A stretch of DNA of 64,000 nt, taken from the NCBI RefSeq assembly GCF_964355755.1, contig NC_092676.1, positions 23,330,871-23,394,870 on the forward strand, read 5' to 3'. The DNA comes from Antedon mediterranea (taxonomy: Eukaryota; Animalia; Echinodermata). Positions within the stretch are counted from its first letter, which is position 1. Every line of letters begins with the position of its first letter. Made by a program: the position numbers and the translations under genes. Positions 1-13,473 of this stretch are shown here, piece after piece. The notes below the pieces were generated by a model. The model searched no databases. It had not been told where the DNA came from and saw nothing but the letters and a program-made list of their open reading frames with translations.

Positions 1-183
1 TGATAATCATTATAATAATATAATATCAATTTACCTCAGAACAATCAATAAATAATCATTTATTTTATGTCTTTAGGCACATGTGTCCAAGGATTACCAA
101 TTGTAAATTAATTATTGTCCTATCAGATAGCTGATAATCCCAATGAACCATTTTTGTAACAACCTAATCGTCGCGAATGATGA

Positions 184-356
184 ACTAGGTTCAGTACACA
201 TGGACAAACTGTGTACACTGGATCTACGGTTTATAGGCCTTATCCGAGTAGACGTATTCCACCATCAGAACTAGGAGAGTCTGCTTTGAACCCATGCTGA
301 TATTGTTGGCTTTTTAGGTACGGAAAATGGCGCTCCTACCTTAACCGCTCGGCCAT
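184..356 (-). mobile_element. tRNA-derived SINE with Deu-domain-like core, partial
   Basis: Reverse strand reads tggccgagcggttaagg (A box) ... gggttcaaa (B box) ... cggataaggcctataaaccgtag. Related to the copies at 36430, 55685, 60621 and 62975. Confidence 0.65.
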
Positions 357-486
357 ATGACCTGCTCCTCATGGGATTTTTTCTTTAGCAACAGACTCGC
401 TGAAGCCGTGCAGTACAGTGCTACAATTATAGTACAATATATTATTGTTATTGTATTATGTCTTGTGTGTTTATTTAATATGTCAG

Positions 487-3400
487 ATATTGGAGGTGGT
501 GTTGGTCTAGGCGGACTAGGGTTAATGGTGCAAAATGCTTGTTCTGGACGTGTGAGGGCAGCAAAGGAGTCTGTACTGGTATTTTTACTGATGGATGTTC
601 TGACTAATCAACTAAAAAATGATAATCTCTATGATGCTTTCACTAATGTAAGTTTTTATTATTATATTATTATTATTTGCTAAATACATTTTACAATATT
701 TACTTACATGGGAATGATTAGGACACTTGACTGTCATACAGAGTCAATTCCTGACAACTCCCAGTCCACTGTGAATGAATACCTGATTGAAAATATTAGG
801 CAGGATAAGGCAGCATGGAAGGAAACTGGCCACCCTACCACATAATGCCAAGGCTTTGTACAATGAGCTCCTAGCAGCTCTTTCCCCATCGTCTGGAAGG
901 ATCACTGGACTCGCCTTTACCTTTACTTTTACATGGGTAGGACACCCTGTAATTTGAGATGACCTACAGAATTGTAGGACCTTGCCTATTGTGTTGTTTA
1001 TCAACCAGACTAGATTCCTCCAGCATTGAGTGAGTAAGCACATCAACAAGATGTACATATGTTTTAGGTCATCACAAATCAAAATCTCCCTTAGGTTTCA
1101 GTTGATTAAATTAAAAGATATATTTTTAAAATGTGTCTCGCCAGGTTGAAATGCCAGTTATGCTGACAATTGCAAAGATGGAACTAAATGGATTTGGATT
1201 CAATACAGATGAATTTGAAGAACAGAAGAATGTTATGCAAGCTAAGCTTACCGTGTTAGAGCAGATGTCCTACCAACTTGCAGGGCACCCATTCTCTTTG
1301 ACGTCAACAAAAGATATTGCCGAGGTAGGTGAAGAATTTGAGAATTTTTAAAACAAGGCCCAACAGTTGCACATCCAGTTTTGAGACATTATTTTAACTG
1401 TATCTAGTTTTTCCTATTATTTTATTACTGTTTTTTTTATGTTCAGGTTCTCTTTATTGAATTAAGACTTCCTCCATCAGGAGACCCGGCTACGCCTGTC
1501 ATACCCCAAAAGACCATAAAAAGCAGAGGGCGCCCAAAATTACCGAAAAACTTCAACACATCGAAGGAAACGCTTGAAAAACTGAAGAAATTGCATGCCC
1601 TACCTGGTCTTATCCTAGAATGGAGGCGTATTAATAACACACTATCAAAGGTCGTATTCCCGATGCAAAAAGAAAAGGTTTTTAATGATGTACTTAATAT
1701 GAATAGAATCTATGGCATATGTCAGACGCATACTTCCACAGGTAACATCTTTTTTTACTGCTATGCTCAAATACTAAACACTAAATACAGTCAACTCTCC
1801 CAATACTCTGGCCAAATGTGTCTGGGTTTTAATGTGTTTTTAATGGTAAAAAAGAATTTGGGACCTTTTGGGCCCTAAGAAAGGTTTGGTATTGAATTTC
1901 TGGTTTTCAGAGAGTCTGGTATTGGGAGAGTTGACTGTACAAGTTTTTCTATTGTGTTAATACTGCACAAACATCATCTAACAAAAAAATGATTTAACCA
2001 CTTATTATAGGAAGAGTTGCGTTAATGGAACCCAGTATTCAAAACATCCCAAAAGATTTTGAAATAGATTTACCATCAGTGATTCGTGAAAGCCCACCCC
2101 GTGATGAATTAGCACAGTCTTCAACCCGTGAGCGTCGGAGGTGTACAGGCAGGCAAACACCTTTCAAGAGTCAGATGGTACCAGAGCTTATCGGAGAGCC
2201 TGGCCCTAAATTTTCCATTAGCATGAGGAATGCATTCTGCCCTTTTACAGGTATGTTATGATAGTGTAAAAGTGCCTCTGTAAACATACATTTACTCTCT
2301 AGTTTACTCAATAACTAACAGGGCTAATAGTATACCAATGATGTTGTTTTTTTTAAATATTGTTCAAATAAATTTAATTTAAGGTGGTCTGATAGTAGCT
2401 GCTGATTATTCTCAACTTGAGCTTCGTATAATTGCACATTTGTCCGGCGATACTAGGCTGATTAAAATATTAAACGGTGGCGGTGATGTCTTTAAAACAA
2501 TTGCTGCTGAGTGGAAAGGTATCATGCCAGAAGAGGTGACTACTGAAATCAGGCAGCAAGCAAAACAGGTAACAGTGGAGATGTAGCTTGGGGGTTAATG
2601 TGATTGCCTTCCAATCTTGATGTCCAGGGTTCAATCCTTACCTTAGTGCCAAAGTTTTACCTAGGGTTGTAACTCACCACTTTTTCTACTCCACTCACAA
2701 GCATCAAATGAGACTTAGTTTATAGGAATGATATGAGTTCAACCATCTTGTAATTGGCAATGTTGGTGTATGTGTATGACATTTTAAAATACACCAGAAG
2801 TGAAATATGTCTATACAAAAGGAGTTTTATTATTAGTTTTAACGTTAAAATTATTGAATGCTTTTTTTTTCATACACATTGTAAAAAACATAATCTGTAA
2901 TTTTTTTGGTTTAATGCTATATTTAGGACTAAATGATTTTGTATTTTATGTCTCTTTTCATATTGATATGTGATTGTACTGTACAATGCATTGAGATATT
3001 TGTAATGTACTGTATATAAATAAATACATGAAATTAAATTATTAGATATGCTACGGTATAATATATGGAATTGGATCAAAAGCACTAGCAGAGCAGTTAG
3101 AAGTATCAATAGAAGATGGTGCAGCATTTATTGACATGTTCAAAACAAGATATAAAGGTATGATTATAAATTTAGCAGCATTGTATAATGGGCTTGATTA
3201 CCTTTAATGGGTGCTGGGTTTGAATCCTGGAAATAAAAATAACGTTATCTCTCCCCTTCTTTAGATTGATGTATACTTTTCAAATGTATACATTTTATTT
3301 TGTAGGGTTAAAAGCTTATATTGAAAGCACGACCAAGAAGTGCCGTGAAAATGGTTTTGTAGTTACGATAACCGGCCGACGAAGGTATCTTCCGAAGATT

Positions 3401-6400
3401 CATGATACCAACGTACACGCCAAAGCACAAGCTGAGAGACAAGCTGTGAATACTAGTGTTCAGGGTTCGGCAGCTGACTTGGTGAAGAAAGCTATGATTG
3501 CGATTGATAGATGTCTAGCAGAGAAATACCCCTCAACAGGCAAGTCACATCGGCATAAGCAAGATACAGCTTTACGTAAGTTGTTTTTTTTATTTGTCTT
3601 TTCAAACTTTCCAGTGACAACAATTATTATAAGCTTTCAAGGTAGCTTACTTAAAATTCACATACAATAGGTTTCAGTGGCTCATGCATATTTGAATCAA
3701 TAATATTTTTAATCAAAAAATACCATTAAACATTTTTTACCATACTTTGCATTGGTGTATTAAATTATTCATGAAGAAACCCGGAATTGTTGAGATGAAT
3801 TTCCACCTTAATGTGATTTTTTTTCTCCAAGAAATGTTGATTAATAGAATAGTTTACTCCAGGCTATTATTAGCCTACTGTAATTCATCATCATGGTTTC
3901 CAACCTTTCTGCCCTTTATTTTTCTATTTGTGACGTTTTCATATGTAAAAAAAGTTACTTATCCACCAGCTCACCCCTGTCTAAAGGGTCTTTCACACCT
4001 GTTCCGACACAGTCCTGGTCCGGCAAATTTGTTTGTTTTCATGATGCTCCACATGGCTATGCGCCAATCGATATGCACGTAGCCGTGTGAAAATGGTACA
4101 TTGACGTTTGATTTGATTTTTTCTGCCACCGGACCGAAACCGTGCAGGAACAGATGTGAAAGACCCTTAACCCAGCTCCCTACAATTTACCCTGTCAAAT
4201 CCTTGCATCTTTCTAGAAACAGAATAGTTCTGCACTATTCTCATGTTCAGATACCTCTAGAAATTGTGAACACTAGACTAGGAGTCTTGTGTGTTTAGAG
4301 GCCTTTGTCTTAGTTTTGTTGTTAAAATTTGTAGAAGTTTTATTTAATTAATCCTCAGTTTCCAGGATTTTTAAATAGGGGAATTCTATTTGTTTTTTAA
4401 ATAGTATTAAAATAAACTGCTGACCTTGGCCCATTTTTGTTTATCTTTTGGTTTGTGTTTAGCATAATTTAACCTGTATGTGGTATGCTATGTATACACA
4501 ATTCCATATGTCCCATTCACTTTGGTTTTATTCAATTTTAATATTCCAATTTTTTGTATTTTTTCTTTGTTATGTATTTTAAATGTATTGTTGAATGAAT
4601 GCTAAATGAATAAATAAATAAAACTAAATATACAAATTATTTTAGGCCTTTATTCATTCTAGTAGTAAAATACATTTCCACCAATTTATATTATAATATT
4701 ATTATTTATTCACAGTAACCTTATACATAATCTATCATGCTTTTTGATAAACACCAGTATCACTTAAGGATTGAATTATAATCCTGTCAGAGTATTAAAG
4801 CTAAATTTTAAAGCTGGTACCATTATACTAACAAGCTATCCCAAATCCGGGTGGCAATATTCATGATTAACTACTGTATATATTGACATCACACTTGTCC
4901 CTGATATAGTGTAAATCCAGTCAGTTTACAAAACAGGTGTTGTTCTAATCCATACAGTAACATCATAACACTAACAGCCTATATTGATTTCAATTTTTAT
5001 TTTCACCCTCAAAATATTGACGGACAATCCCTATGAGTTGGCCTTTTGTCTAGTGTACTTACTCGACAAACTTTGATTGATTTGAATTAATACATCATTA
5101 ATGTTTTATTGTACCTTTTTAAGGTAGATATAATTATAAAATATTGATTTTTGGTTTAGTATATTGTTAACTTAATTGCAAAGATAACGTATCAGTACTT
5201 GAGCAATTTAATATGCTTTTTTATTCAAGAAATGATGGAAATTTAATACGAACTGCCTTTTCTTATGCATACTGTCTTATTTACCTTATCTGAAATATTA
5301 ATCCCCGCGAAGCACATTACTTCTTCGCGCTCTTCGATAAAAACTTTTCCCCTCGTGACCTGCCGTCATAATTTAAACGCCTGTGATTGGTCAATACCCA
5401 ACAAACGAGTCGTCCCGTCGGGTGAAAATTAAACATGTTTAATAGGCTCACGACGACCTAAAACTACCACCCCCCCCTCCCCCCCCCCCCCCCCCCCGAC
5501 GCTATCTCACGACGACCCGTCTCGTCTGAATTCAACTCAGACAGCACGGACGAGTCAAGTCCAGACAAGACGTCTCGTCGGGCCTCGTCGTACGACGCTG
5601 TCTGAGTTGGCCTTTAGTCTTAAGTTTAGAAGTTTTGGTAAGATAAACAGAATGTAAAATATGTAATAGAAATGATGAACATTATATGAACTTTACACCC
5701 TATGCAAAGTTATCTTATCTAACTAAACCCTTTACTCTGATATGTGGAATTTTAATACTTCTTGTAAGATAAACAGAATGTAAAATATTTAATGATGTAT
5801 TATATTAATTTAAATAATGAGCATAGATAAAGTGTCGTTTGGAAAAAAACAACCCACTAAATTTCTTAGTTAAATCTTTCTTCAAATGCCCAGTTGTTAT
5901 GTTAATTTAGTGCACAGTCTGTGTGGAACAATATAAATGTGTTTTTCAATTTAGATCTTTCCTGAAAAATCACCCATGTAAATAATTATTCTTTTCATGT
6001 TGCGCTGTGAGAAACTGGTAAAGTAATCTTTATAAATGTTTGATATCATTATCATTGTTATTATTATTAATTATTAGGGTTTGAAAATCAGGCTACAAAA
6101 CAATCTCACCCATCAACTTAAGTGCTTGCAGTTTAAGCGTGTAAACAGTTTCGAACAACTCATTACATTTTTTTCTGAAAATAAATGGTTGGTAAATGTT
6201 GATACTTAAGTAAGACACATTATCTTTAATATTATGAGATACTTAAAATATCAATATAGCCTTGATAATGTAGCGAGTAAGAACATTTATTGCTATCAAT
6301 AATTATTCATTTACATTAATTTATAGAATAATTTTTGCATTATTCTTCATTAAAATTAATTGGATTGATTTTATAAATACTTTTTATACGGAATCTGAAT

Positions 6401-8995
6401 GATATAAATTGTTAGATTAAAATTTAAATGGCAGTTACATAATTTAAGATCTTAAGATCTTAAATGTATATCCATTTTAAATTCTCTATGATATATATTG
6501 ATTACTTGCATAATTTATTAAGGACTACACTGTCAGTTTAGTAAAACAAATTGTACATTGTTTGATGAGGTCTAGTCATTATTATTATTATTATTATTGA
6601 TTACTTTATTGTTTGCATAATTTATTAAAACTACACATACTGTACTGTCAGTTTAGGAAAACAAATTGTACATGGTTTGATGAGATCTAGCCAATATCAT
6701 TTATTTTTATTATTACAAAACATGTTAAGAGCCAAGGTTTGTAAGTAGATGGATTTTGCTTTTTTTTTATTTCAAACATTCCACTAGTGAACAAAGTTCT
6801 TAATAACTCTTAACAGAAGATTTGATTTTCTTCTGTATACTCTATTCTCGTACAACGACAATAAATATGCATTAAATTTTATTATCAAAATGAATGAACA
6901 CATAGACAACTAGCAGTAGGTACCATATATCCTCGGATATAATCCCACTTCAGGTCTAATCCCACCTCCTACTTTATGTCTGATTCCACAAACAGGCATG
7001 TCCCCAGGTATATTTCCAGTATTGACTTTGGGCCTCTCTTTCTAGCCAGCTCAGTTGAATTTTTACAAGAAATGCTTACCAATCGTTTTTACCAGGATTT
7101 CCCTGGGTATAGTTCCATCCCACAAAGGTGGCCCAATTCTAGAAGCTATATAATATAATCTCACAACCTTTTTTGAGAAACATTTAGATCATTTTCAAAA
7201 GGATATGCTATTTATATAAAATGTGAGCTTGCTAAAATATCATAGTAGGATCATTAGTGGTAACATTAGTATAAAAGCCAATCTATCATCATGCAACAAC
7301 AGGGAACATTAATGTTATCAAAGCATTGCGGTTAGATGAAAGAAGCCATTGTTTCCTCAAAGCACGAAGAAATAATAAATAATAACTTATTTCTTCATGC
7401 TGAAAGCAATTCTCGTTTGTAATTTACTAAGTATTAAAGATACCTGTATTGTCCATCTGAAATGTTTAATTTTTTTTAATATGCCATTTTAATGTCACAT
7501 AGAAATGTAGTTACAATTCACTTTGACCAAAAATACAAATTATTTATCTGAAAAAACTGTAATAAAAAAAAAATCTTGAAATGGCCTGTCAGCCAATGTG
7601 TTTTTGGTTTAATTGAACTGTTTTATTATCTTTTTATAAGTGAAAACATTTCTAGTTAAAAAAGACTGTGGCTCCAGAAATTTTGTTTTATTTTGTCTTG
7701 TCTTTCATAATCAATATTAATTAGCTAGTTTGTGTTGATTACATGAACACTTAAACAACCTTTAAGCACTGTCTACACTAAACTTAATGTGACAAAAAAA
7801 TGTGATGTGCCCATATATGGACATGAGTACATCATATCACTACCATTTATTTGGGCACATCATGCTTTTTTTGTCAAACTAGTTTGACAGTGTAGATGGA
7901 GCTTTATGGACAGTTCAAACTAAAGTGGAGTAGTTAATGTTGAATAGGTTGAATTATCTGGTATTATTATACATTATGTATGTAATAACTACAAGGCTGT
8001 CAAACAACTGGTTTTACTTAAGCAACTAGATTTCAATTTCACAGGCTAATTACTGTATTTTTTTACCGACGATATCTGATATGGCAATTGGTTTCTCAAA
8101 TTTAATTAATATCTAAATATGTTGTTGAAGGATATTCATCATTAAAATAGCATTGCTTTTGTTGCTGAAATATTAATGATTTTGTTTCTCGCCAATAAAT
8201 TGCAAAACAATAAAAAGAGATACTTTATTCATGTCAATGGTTTTGATATTTTCTGAATAGTTGGTTTTGGTAGTTCAATTAACTTGTTGTTTTGCCATTT
8301 TGGCATTGTTTTGGATTTTATGTCTGTTATTGTTGTTCTGTTTGTTTTCTGCTTTAAAAAAGAATGTTTTCAAATTTGTTGTTAAATATATCACATAATA
8401 ATAGTTTAATTCAATTTGACCAAATATTTGGTTGCCCAAAAAATGATTTACCTGAAAAAACTGTAATTTAAAGCACATAACCAACTCAAATTGTCTGTAA
8501 GAAAATGGATTTATGGGTATATTTGACTGTTTATTTTGTCTTTTTATCTTTGTTTGTTTTTTATAATGGAAGTGAATAAAACTACAAAATGTCCTACTTA
8601 AAGTCTGATTATATTAATCTTTATTTATCATGATTTTGGGGACAATACATCTTTAAAGAAATAAATGTTTACAATGGCAACACATCTTTAGATAACTAAG
8701 CATCTGTACAGAAGAATAATATTATAAAATATATGTATTGTTAATTAATGTTATATTATTTTTTACAGGTCGCAGAACAAGGGGTGGGAGTAGGTCCCCA
8801 AACGTTCCACGAGGAGCATTCCTGGTCCTCCAGCTGCATGATGAGTTGATCTATGAAGTCCGCAAGGAAGACGTGCCACAAGTTGCGCGTCTAGTCAAAT
8901 ACGAAATGGAATCAGCCATGAAGTTGTCGGTCGTTCTTCCAGTGAAAGTCCATGTTGGTCCTACATGGGGACGTGTTGAATTAATGGAATTATGA
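487..8995 (+). CDS. POLQ: DNA polymerase theta, 3' part (family A polymerase domain), 8 exons in window; 5' part upstream of window
   Basis: Phase-consistent GT-AG exons: 487-647, 1145-1324, 1447-1741, 2011-2250, 2384-2568, 3046-3157, 3306-3575, 8769-8995 (stop TGA). Spliced protein has VEMP..MELNGFG, LPGLILEWRR, TSTGRV..EPSIQNIPKDF, motif A DYSQLELR, motif B RQQAKQICYGIIYG, AERQAVNTSVQGSAADLVK and motif C LQLHDEL. It also has the Pol theta-type insertions (after LRLPP; DFEIDLPSVIRESPP...ISMRNAF; basic insert before motif C). Confidence 0.95.
1788..1937. mobile_element. Tc1/mariner (pogo/Tigger-like) MITE
   Basis: TIR cagtcaactctcccaatac / gtattgggagagttgactg flanked by TA. Second, decayed copy at ~36190-36355. 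Confidence 0.75.
2575..2730 (+). mobile_element. Decayed tRNA-derived SINE
   Basis: A-box-like gtagcttgggggttaa and B-box-like gggttcaatcc. Similar heads at ~22604 and ~47640. Confidence 0.4.
3985..4167. mobile_element. PIF/Harbinger-type MITE
   Basis: TIR agggtctttcacacctgttcc / ggaacagatgtgaaagaccct with TAA duplicated on both sides. Half copy at ~59128-59221. Confidence 0.75.
5340..5612. mobile_element. Partial Harbinger-like MITE (cgacg-rich)
   Basis: Ends ...ctgtctgagttggcct. A related partial copy at ~14455-14622 ends ctgtgtgagttggccc. Confidence 0.5.
6921..7160. mobile_element. Tc2/pogo-like non-autonomous element
   Basis: Starts taccatatatcctcggatataatcccacttcaggtc. The reverse-complement copy at ~52265-52511 ends tatacccaagaatatacggta. 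Confidence 0.6.
7765..7903. mobile_element. Harbinger-type MITE family 'agctctgtctacact'
   Basis: Decayed TIRs and an internal atcactaccat motif. Same family at 13311-13473, 20827-20999, 37781-38096, 39528-39687 and 63970-64000. Confidence 0.7.
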
Positions 8996-11900
8996 GGGGT
9001 GCAGAAAAGATGTGGTATATTGTGATACTGTATATTCTGAAAACTGGTATTTTGGGTTAAATCATTGATTTACAATTTATTGAAAGAAAATCAGGAATTG
9101 GAAAAGTTGTACATGAAAAATGGTTGTATACCATGTAAAAAAGAGTAGTACTGTAATAGTAGTTATTGCTATTTAGATAAAAATCTGGCAATATTTTTCG
9201 TACTATTCAAATCATGATTTATGAAGATAATTGTTCAATGGAAAGGAGTTTGAGAAAAGTTATAGGAGGAGAGATGGTACCATGTGATGATGTCCCTTTT
9301 TCAATTTTTTATGGGAGGTGGTACATGGAAAAGATGAACAAATTACTATGACATACAATGTCTAGTATCTACCCTCCTTGCTTTATTATAGCATAATAAC
9401 ACTGTAGTGCAATGCTATGGAGGGAGGAGGGGAAACTCCCCTTTGATATCACATTGCTTAAAGTGACCATAATGGATTATCTAGCAAAATACACTTGACC
9501 TGTCCATGCTATCTGAGACCAAAGTGGACATGGACAGCCCAAATGTTTTAACTGAATCTTTTATTAAACTTGTTAGGTGGTATAATAATACAGTATACTT
9601 TATTTGACTAGGTGATACTTGTTCATCTCAATGGTGTTTTCCAACAAGACCGTAAAGAACTTTCATTTCAATGGAAGTTAAATAGAAAGGCAAGGATTTC
9701 CATCTAGAAGTACGCTATTAGTTTTGATGGAATAACATTAATTTTCAATTTAGAAATTGTATTAATATTACTAAATATTTTTATATACTTTTCTGGAAAC
9801 ATCATGCAATTTATTTTATATATACACATGAATGTCTAATGTTATGCATTAATTTAATTTCTAGTTAGAAGTAATTTCAATTTGAAACAATTAATTAAAA
9901 TTTCATTGAATATTTCAATTAATTATCTGTCGCTATTGATGGTCAACATGTATTAATTAATATACAAGATGTAATGAAGTCTCTTCACATCATAATTTTA
10001 AATATTTTGTCTTATAAACTACTATTTTTCTGTTGCTATGAAAGAACAGCGTTTATTTATTTGATTTAAAATGTAATTCAATTTTATTTACTTAAATTAA
10101 AATTAATCAATTTTCTTAACAGAAACATTTTTCTAAGTAAAATATGTACATTTTACGTGTGGGTACAATAAAAATATTCATTTTAAAATACTTTCGACAA
10201 TGTATATGATTAATGTGATTTAATATAAAACAATGCTGTGCTGTTAGGTAATGACTGGATGGCATTGACACGTTGTCACCAGATCATACTATTAACGAAA
10301 TCTCAACTCGGAAGAATTTATGCTACGTACGGTATTTTATTATTTCTTTATTTTAGGCTTCCATTTTCCTTGGTAAAACACCATAGAGTATGATAATGTA
10401 TATAATATTTAATGTAATAATTGTATACCTTTACTTTATATGTTCAATTCTTCATTGTCTGACGACGTGTGGGTTGGTATATTTTTTTACGTATTTATAT
10501 ACGAGTGTTAAATCGAATTTGTGTTAATCTTCTTCATATTGTCAATACTTTATATAACATATATAAATTATGTTATCGATTTTAATTCAATAGACAGGAT
10601 AAATAAGTTTATATTATTTTTTTATCATCGAATATTAAATTACTAGGCCCTATATTGATTTATTAGTAAAAATTGACCTGTTTTTGTTTTGTTTGTTTTT
10701 GCAGAAAACCGAATTACCAATATTTTCATATCACAAAACAGTGAGTAAATATATAAGTAGGAAGACCTACGTGACGTTATTTGTTCCTGTCTTATCGTCA
10801 AATACATAAAGTAAATATTTGTATAATTACAGTAATGTATCTACCGTCTGTGCCCTCCTATTTTTTTATGTATCTAATGTTATAGGCCTACATCTAGAAT
10901 GTTCTGTCATGATTTATAGCGAAGCTAAAAGTCGTTCGGCAGAGAGTTAACCACGATGTATTTGATTTATATTATGAAGGTAAGGTTTTAGGCCTAAAGA
11001 AATGGGTGGAAAAGTACTGAGATTCCAGCTATCCGTGAACACGTCACATACGTTTATGCTTATTCATTTTAGAAACTAGGTCTATTATTTTTTTTCGTAA
11101 TAAATGGCATATCTGATCCATATGAATCGGCGTCCGTCTGTAAACAAATATCGACCGATAAGCCTGTATACTGAATTCTAAGTGTTTAGTATACAATAGA
11201 GGTGACAATGTGAATATACTGTATGTAGGCCTAATAGTATAGTTAGTATGTTCAAGCATCGCACAACGCTTCCTGAATTGAAATAGGCTCATTTCCACTA
11301 TCGTTTGATGACATCAGGATGTAAAGTGGTAGGGTGGGAAACGGACGACTTAAAACTACTTAACTGTTGAAACATCTTCTTGTTTCAATTACTCTAAACT
11401 GTGATCTCAGTGATATTTTTCATATTATAGACCTACGTCAGTAAGGATAGACCTACAAACTGAACTTTGATTTGTCTTTGGTGCTGGTTCGGAAAATTAT
11501 TTCTAAAGTAGATATCTATTTTTAATGAGGTAAGTTTTAATTTTCTATTTGTTATGGGAATAATACTGGGTATGTTACTGATTTCGCCATAGCACGTAGT
11601 ACTAGGCACAACATTGGCGCAAGTACAGTCGGTAATGTCGTTAGCATTATTTGTGCAACATTGGCACTCGCGTGCAACAGTTGGTATGTCGTTAGCATTA
11701 TTTGAACGCCGCAAAGTTATCTTTAATTACCTATTTATTTTACCCAGATGATGATCTAACAAACCCTTCCTTCGACACACTCTAAAATAATCTATTCACG
11801 CTCCAATAATCTATTCACGCTCCAATAATTGACCCACTTTACCTTCATCAACTCCCCCTCCGATCATTGATACACCTTCCCATTCATCGATCCATCCTAT

Positions 11901-13310
11901 TTATTAACCAACCCTCTCTCAATACTTCCGTAATCGATCCAACCTTCCTAAATCGAATTATCCTTCCTTCATCTACCTACACTTTCTGCACTAAAAAAAC
12001 CCACCCACCAACCCTCACATCCATCATCATTTTAAAATATGTTGGACTATGAAGAGTTACAAATACTTTAGATATAGCGTGTATATATAATAATACACAT
12101 AACCCTTATTTAAAAATTGCGAAATATTTTAAGCAACACACCAGAATCCGATATATTAATAAACTATTATTAATTGAATAATAATTAATTATTGTTAAAA
12201 TCTGCTGGTTCTTCAGAGTCCAGTCATTATACTAAGGTTTTAGGTTTTATCAATCAATTACCATAATTGTAGAAAACAATAGATAATAGAGTTTATTAAT
12301 ATTAATTATTGTTTCTTTTGCAAACGTAGGCCTTTATCAGTTTATGATATTGGTTACGATCGATAGGTTATCATACGTTGTGTTTAGCCAGGGTAATCTG
12401 CGTCAGGTAAAATGTAACTCTCCGACAACAAATTTCGTAGGCCTACTTCGGTAGTTTCTATGCGTTTTAAAACCCTCTATTGATATTGGATCACCCCCCC
12501 CCCTCCCCCACCTATACTGTAATCGTTATTTAATTGGCTGGTTGTAATGTTCCATTTTCGATTTGCACTGTAAAAACCACAACCATAATATCGGTTTTCC
12601 ACAAAGTTCGGGTGGTAGACGTCCAATGTACACTTCTGACTCGCGTCCACAATTCACCGAAACTATTTCTTACTTCGTTTCGTTACTTGTAATTTTGAAC
12701 ATATTTATAATAATTGTGTTCTACAAATTCGTAAGGATTGGTGTGAATTAGGCCTATATATTATAAGTAATAAAAATGGAGTATAAATTGTTTTTTAAAT
12801 CGTGTCGTGATAAGAAATTACCTTGTTGTTTAGAGACGCACAATTTCAATGTATATCTGTTATAGTAATAATATCTAAAATAATAATGGAAGCTTTGATA
12901 TGGTTCTTTATTGGTTTTTATATCAACTTCCTCATGACATTCATTGTATTGTACACCGAAGACCGTTTCCTTCCTTCTTTACTTAATGCTTTGTTACGAA
13001 TACAACCAGTTTACTTTTATTTTCCACTCACCAAAAGCAAATATAGCAAATATTTTATATACTGTATACAAAAGAGCCGGGAGCAAGTGGATATAGGCGT
13101 ACTAAGTGTATTAAGTTGAACAAGTTGTGGTTTTAAAGGTCTATTCACCATCTTTGGATGGTTTGCGTTTACATTGGAAAGATGTTGGCCCAAAATGTCT
13201 GCCATAATATAGAATGTTGTCTGAGAATTCAGACTATATATACCTTTCATTAGGACTGTTGAAATATTCAGGCATCCCCGGATTGAAAGATTGTTACTAT
13301 TGTGAAGTAA

Positions 13311-13473
13311 AGCTCTATCTACACTATCAAACTAGTTTGACAACAAAAAATGTGATGAGGCCAAATATGGTATTGATATGCCCAAATTTGGTAGTTATAT
13401 GCCATCATCATGTCCATATAATATGAGCACGTCACATTTTTTTGTCACATAAAGTTTTATAGTGTAACAGAGC
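13311..13473. mobile_element. Harbinger-type MITE family 'agctctgtctacact'
   Basis: agctctatctacactatcaaact ... gtgtaacagagct; carries two copies of the 21-bp internal unit. Confidence 0.7.

Noticed and set aside
744-1082. 112-aa minus-strand ORF in a POLQ intron
   Set aside because: Overlaps a probable retroposon 3' remnant with a ctttac-repeat tail; no protein features.
12563-13119. Hydrophobic short ORFs resembling membrane peptides
   Set aside because: Expected from T-rich noncoding DNA; no recognisable domain or consistent exon chain.
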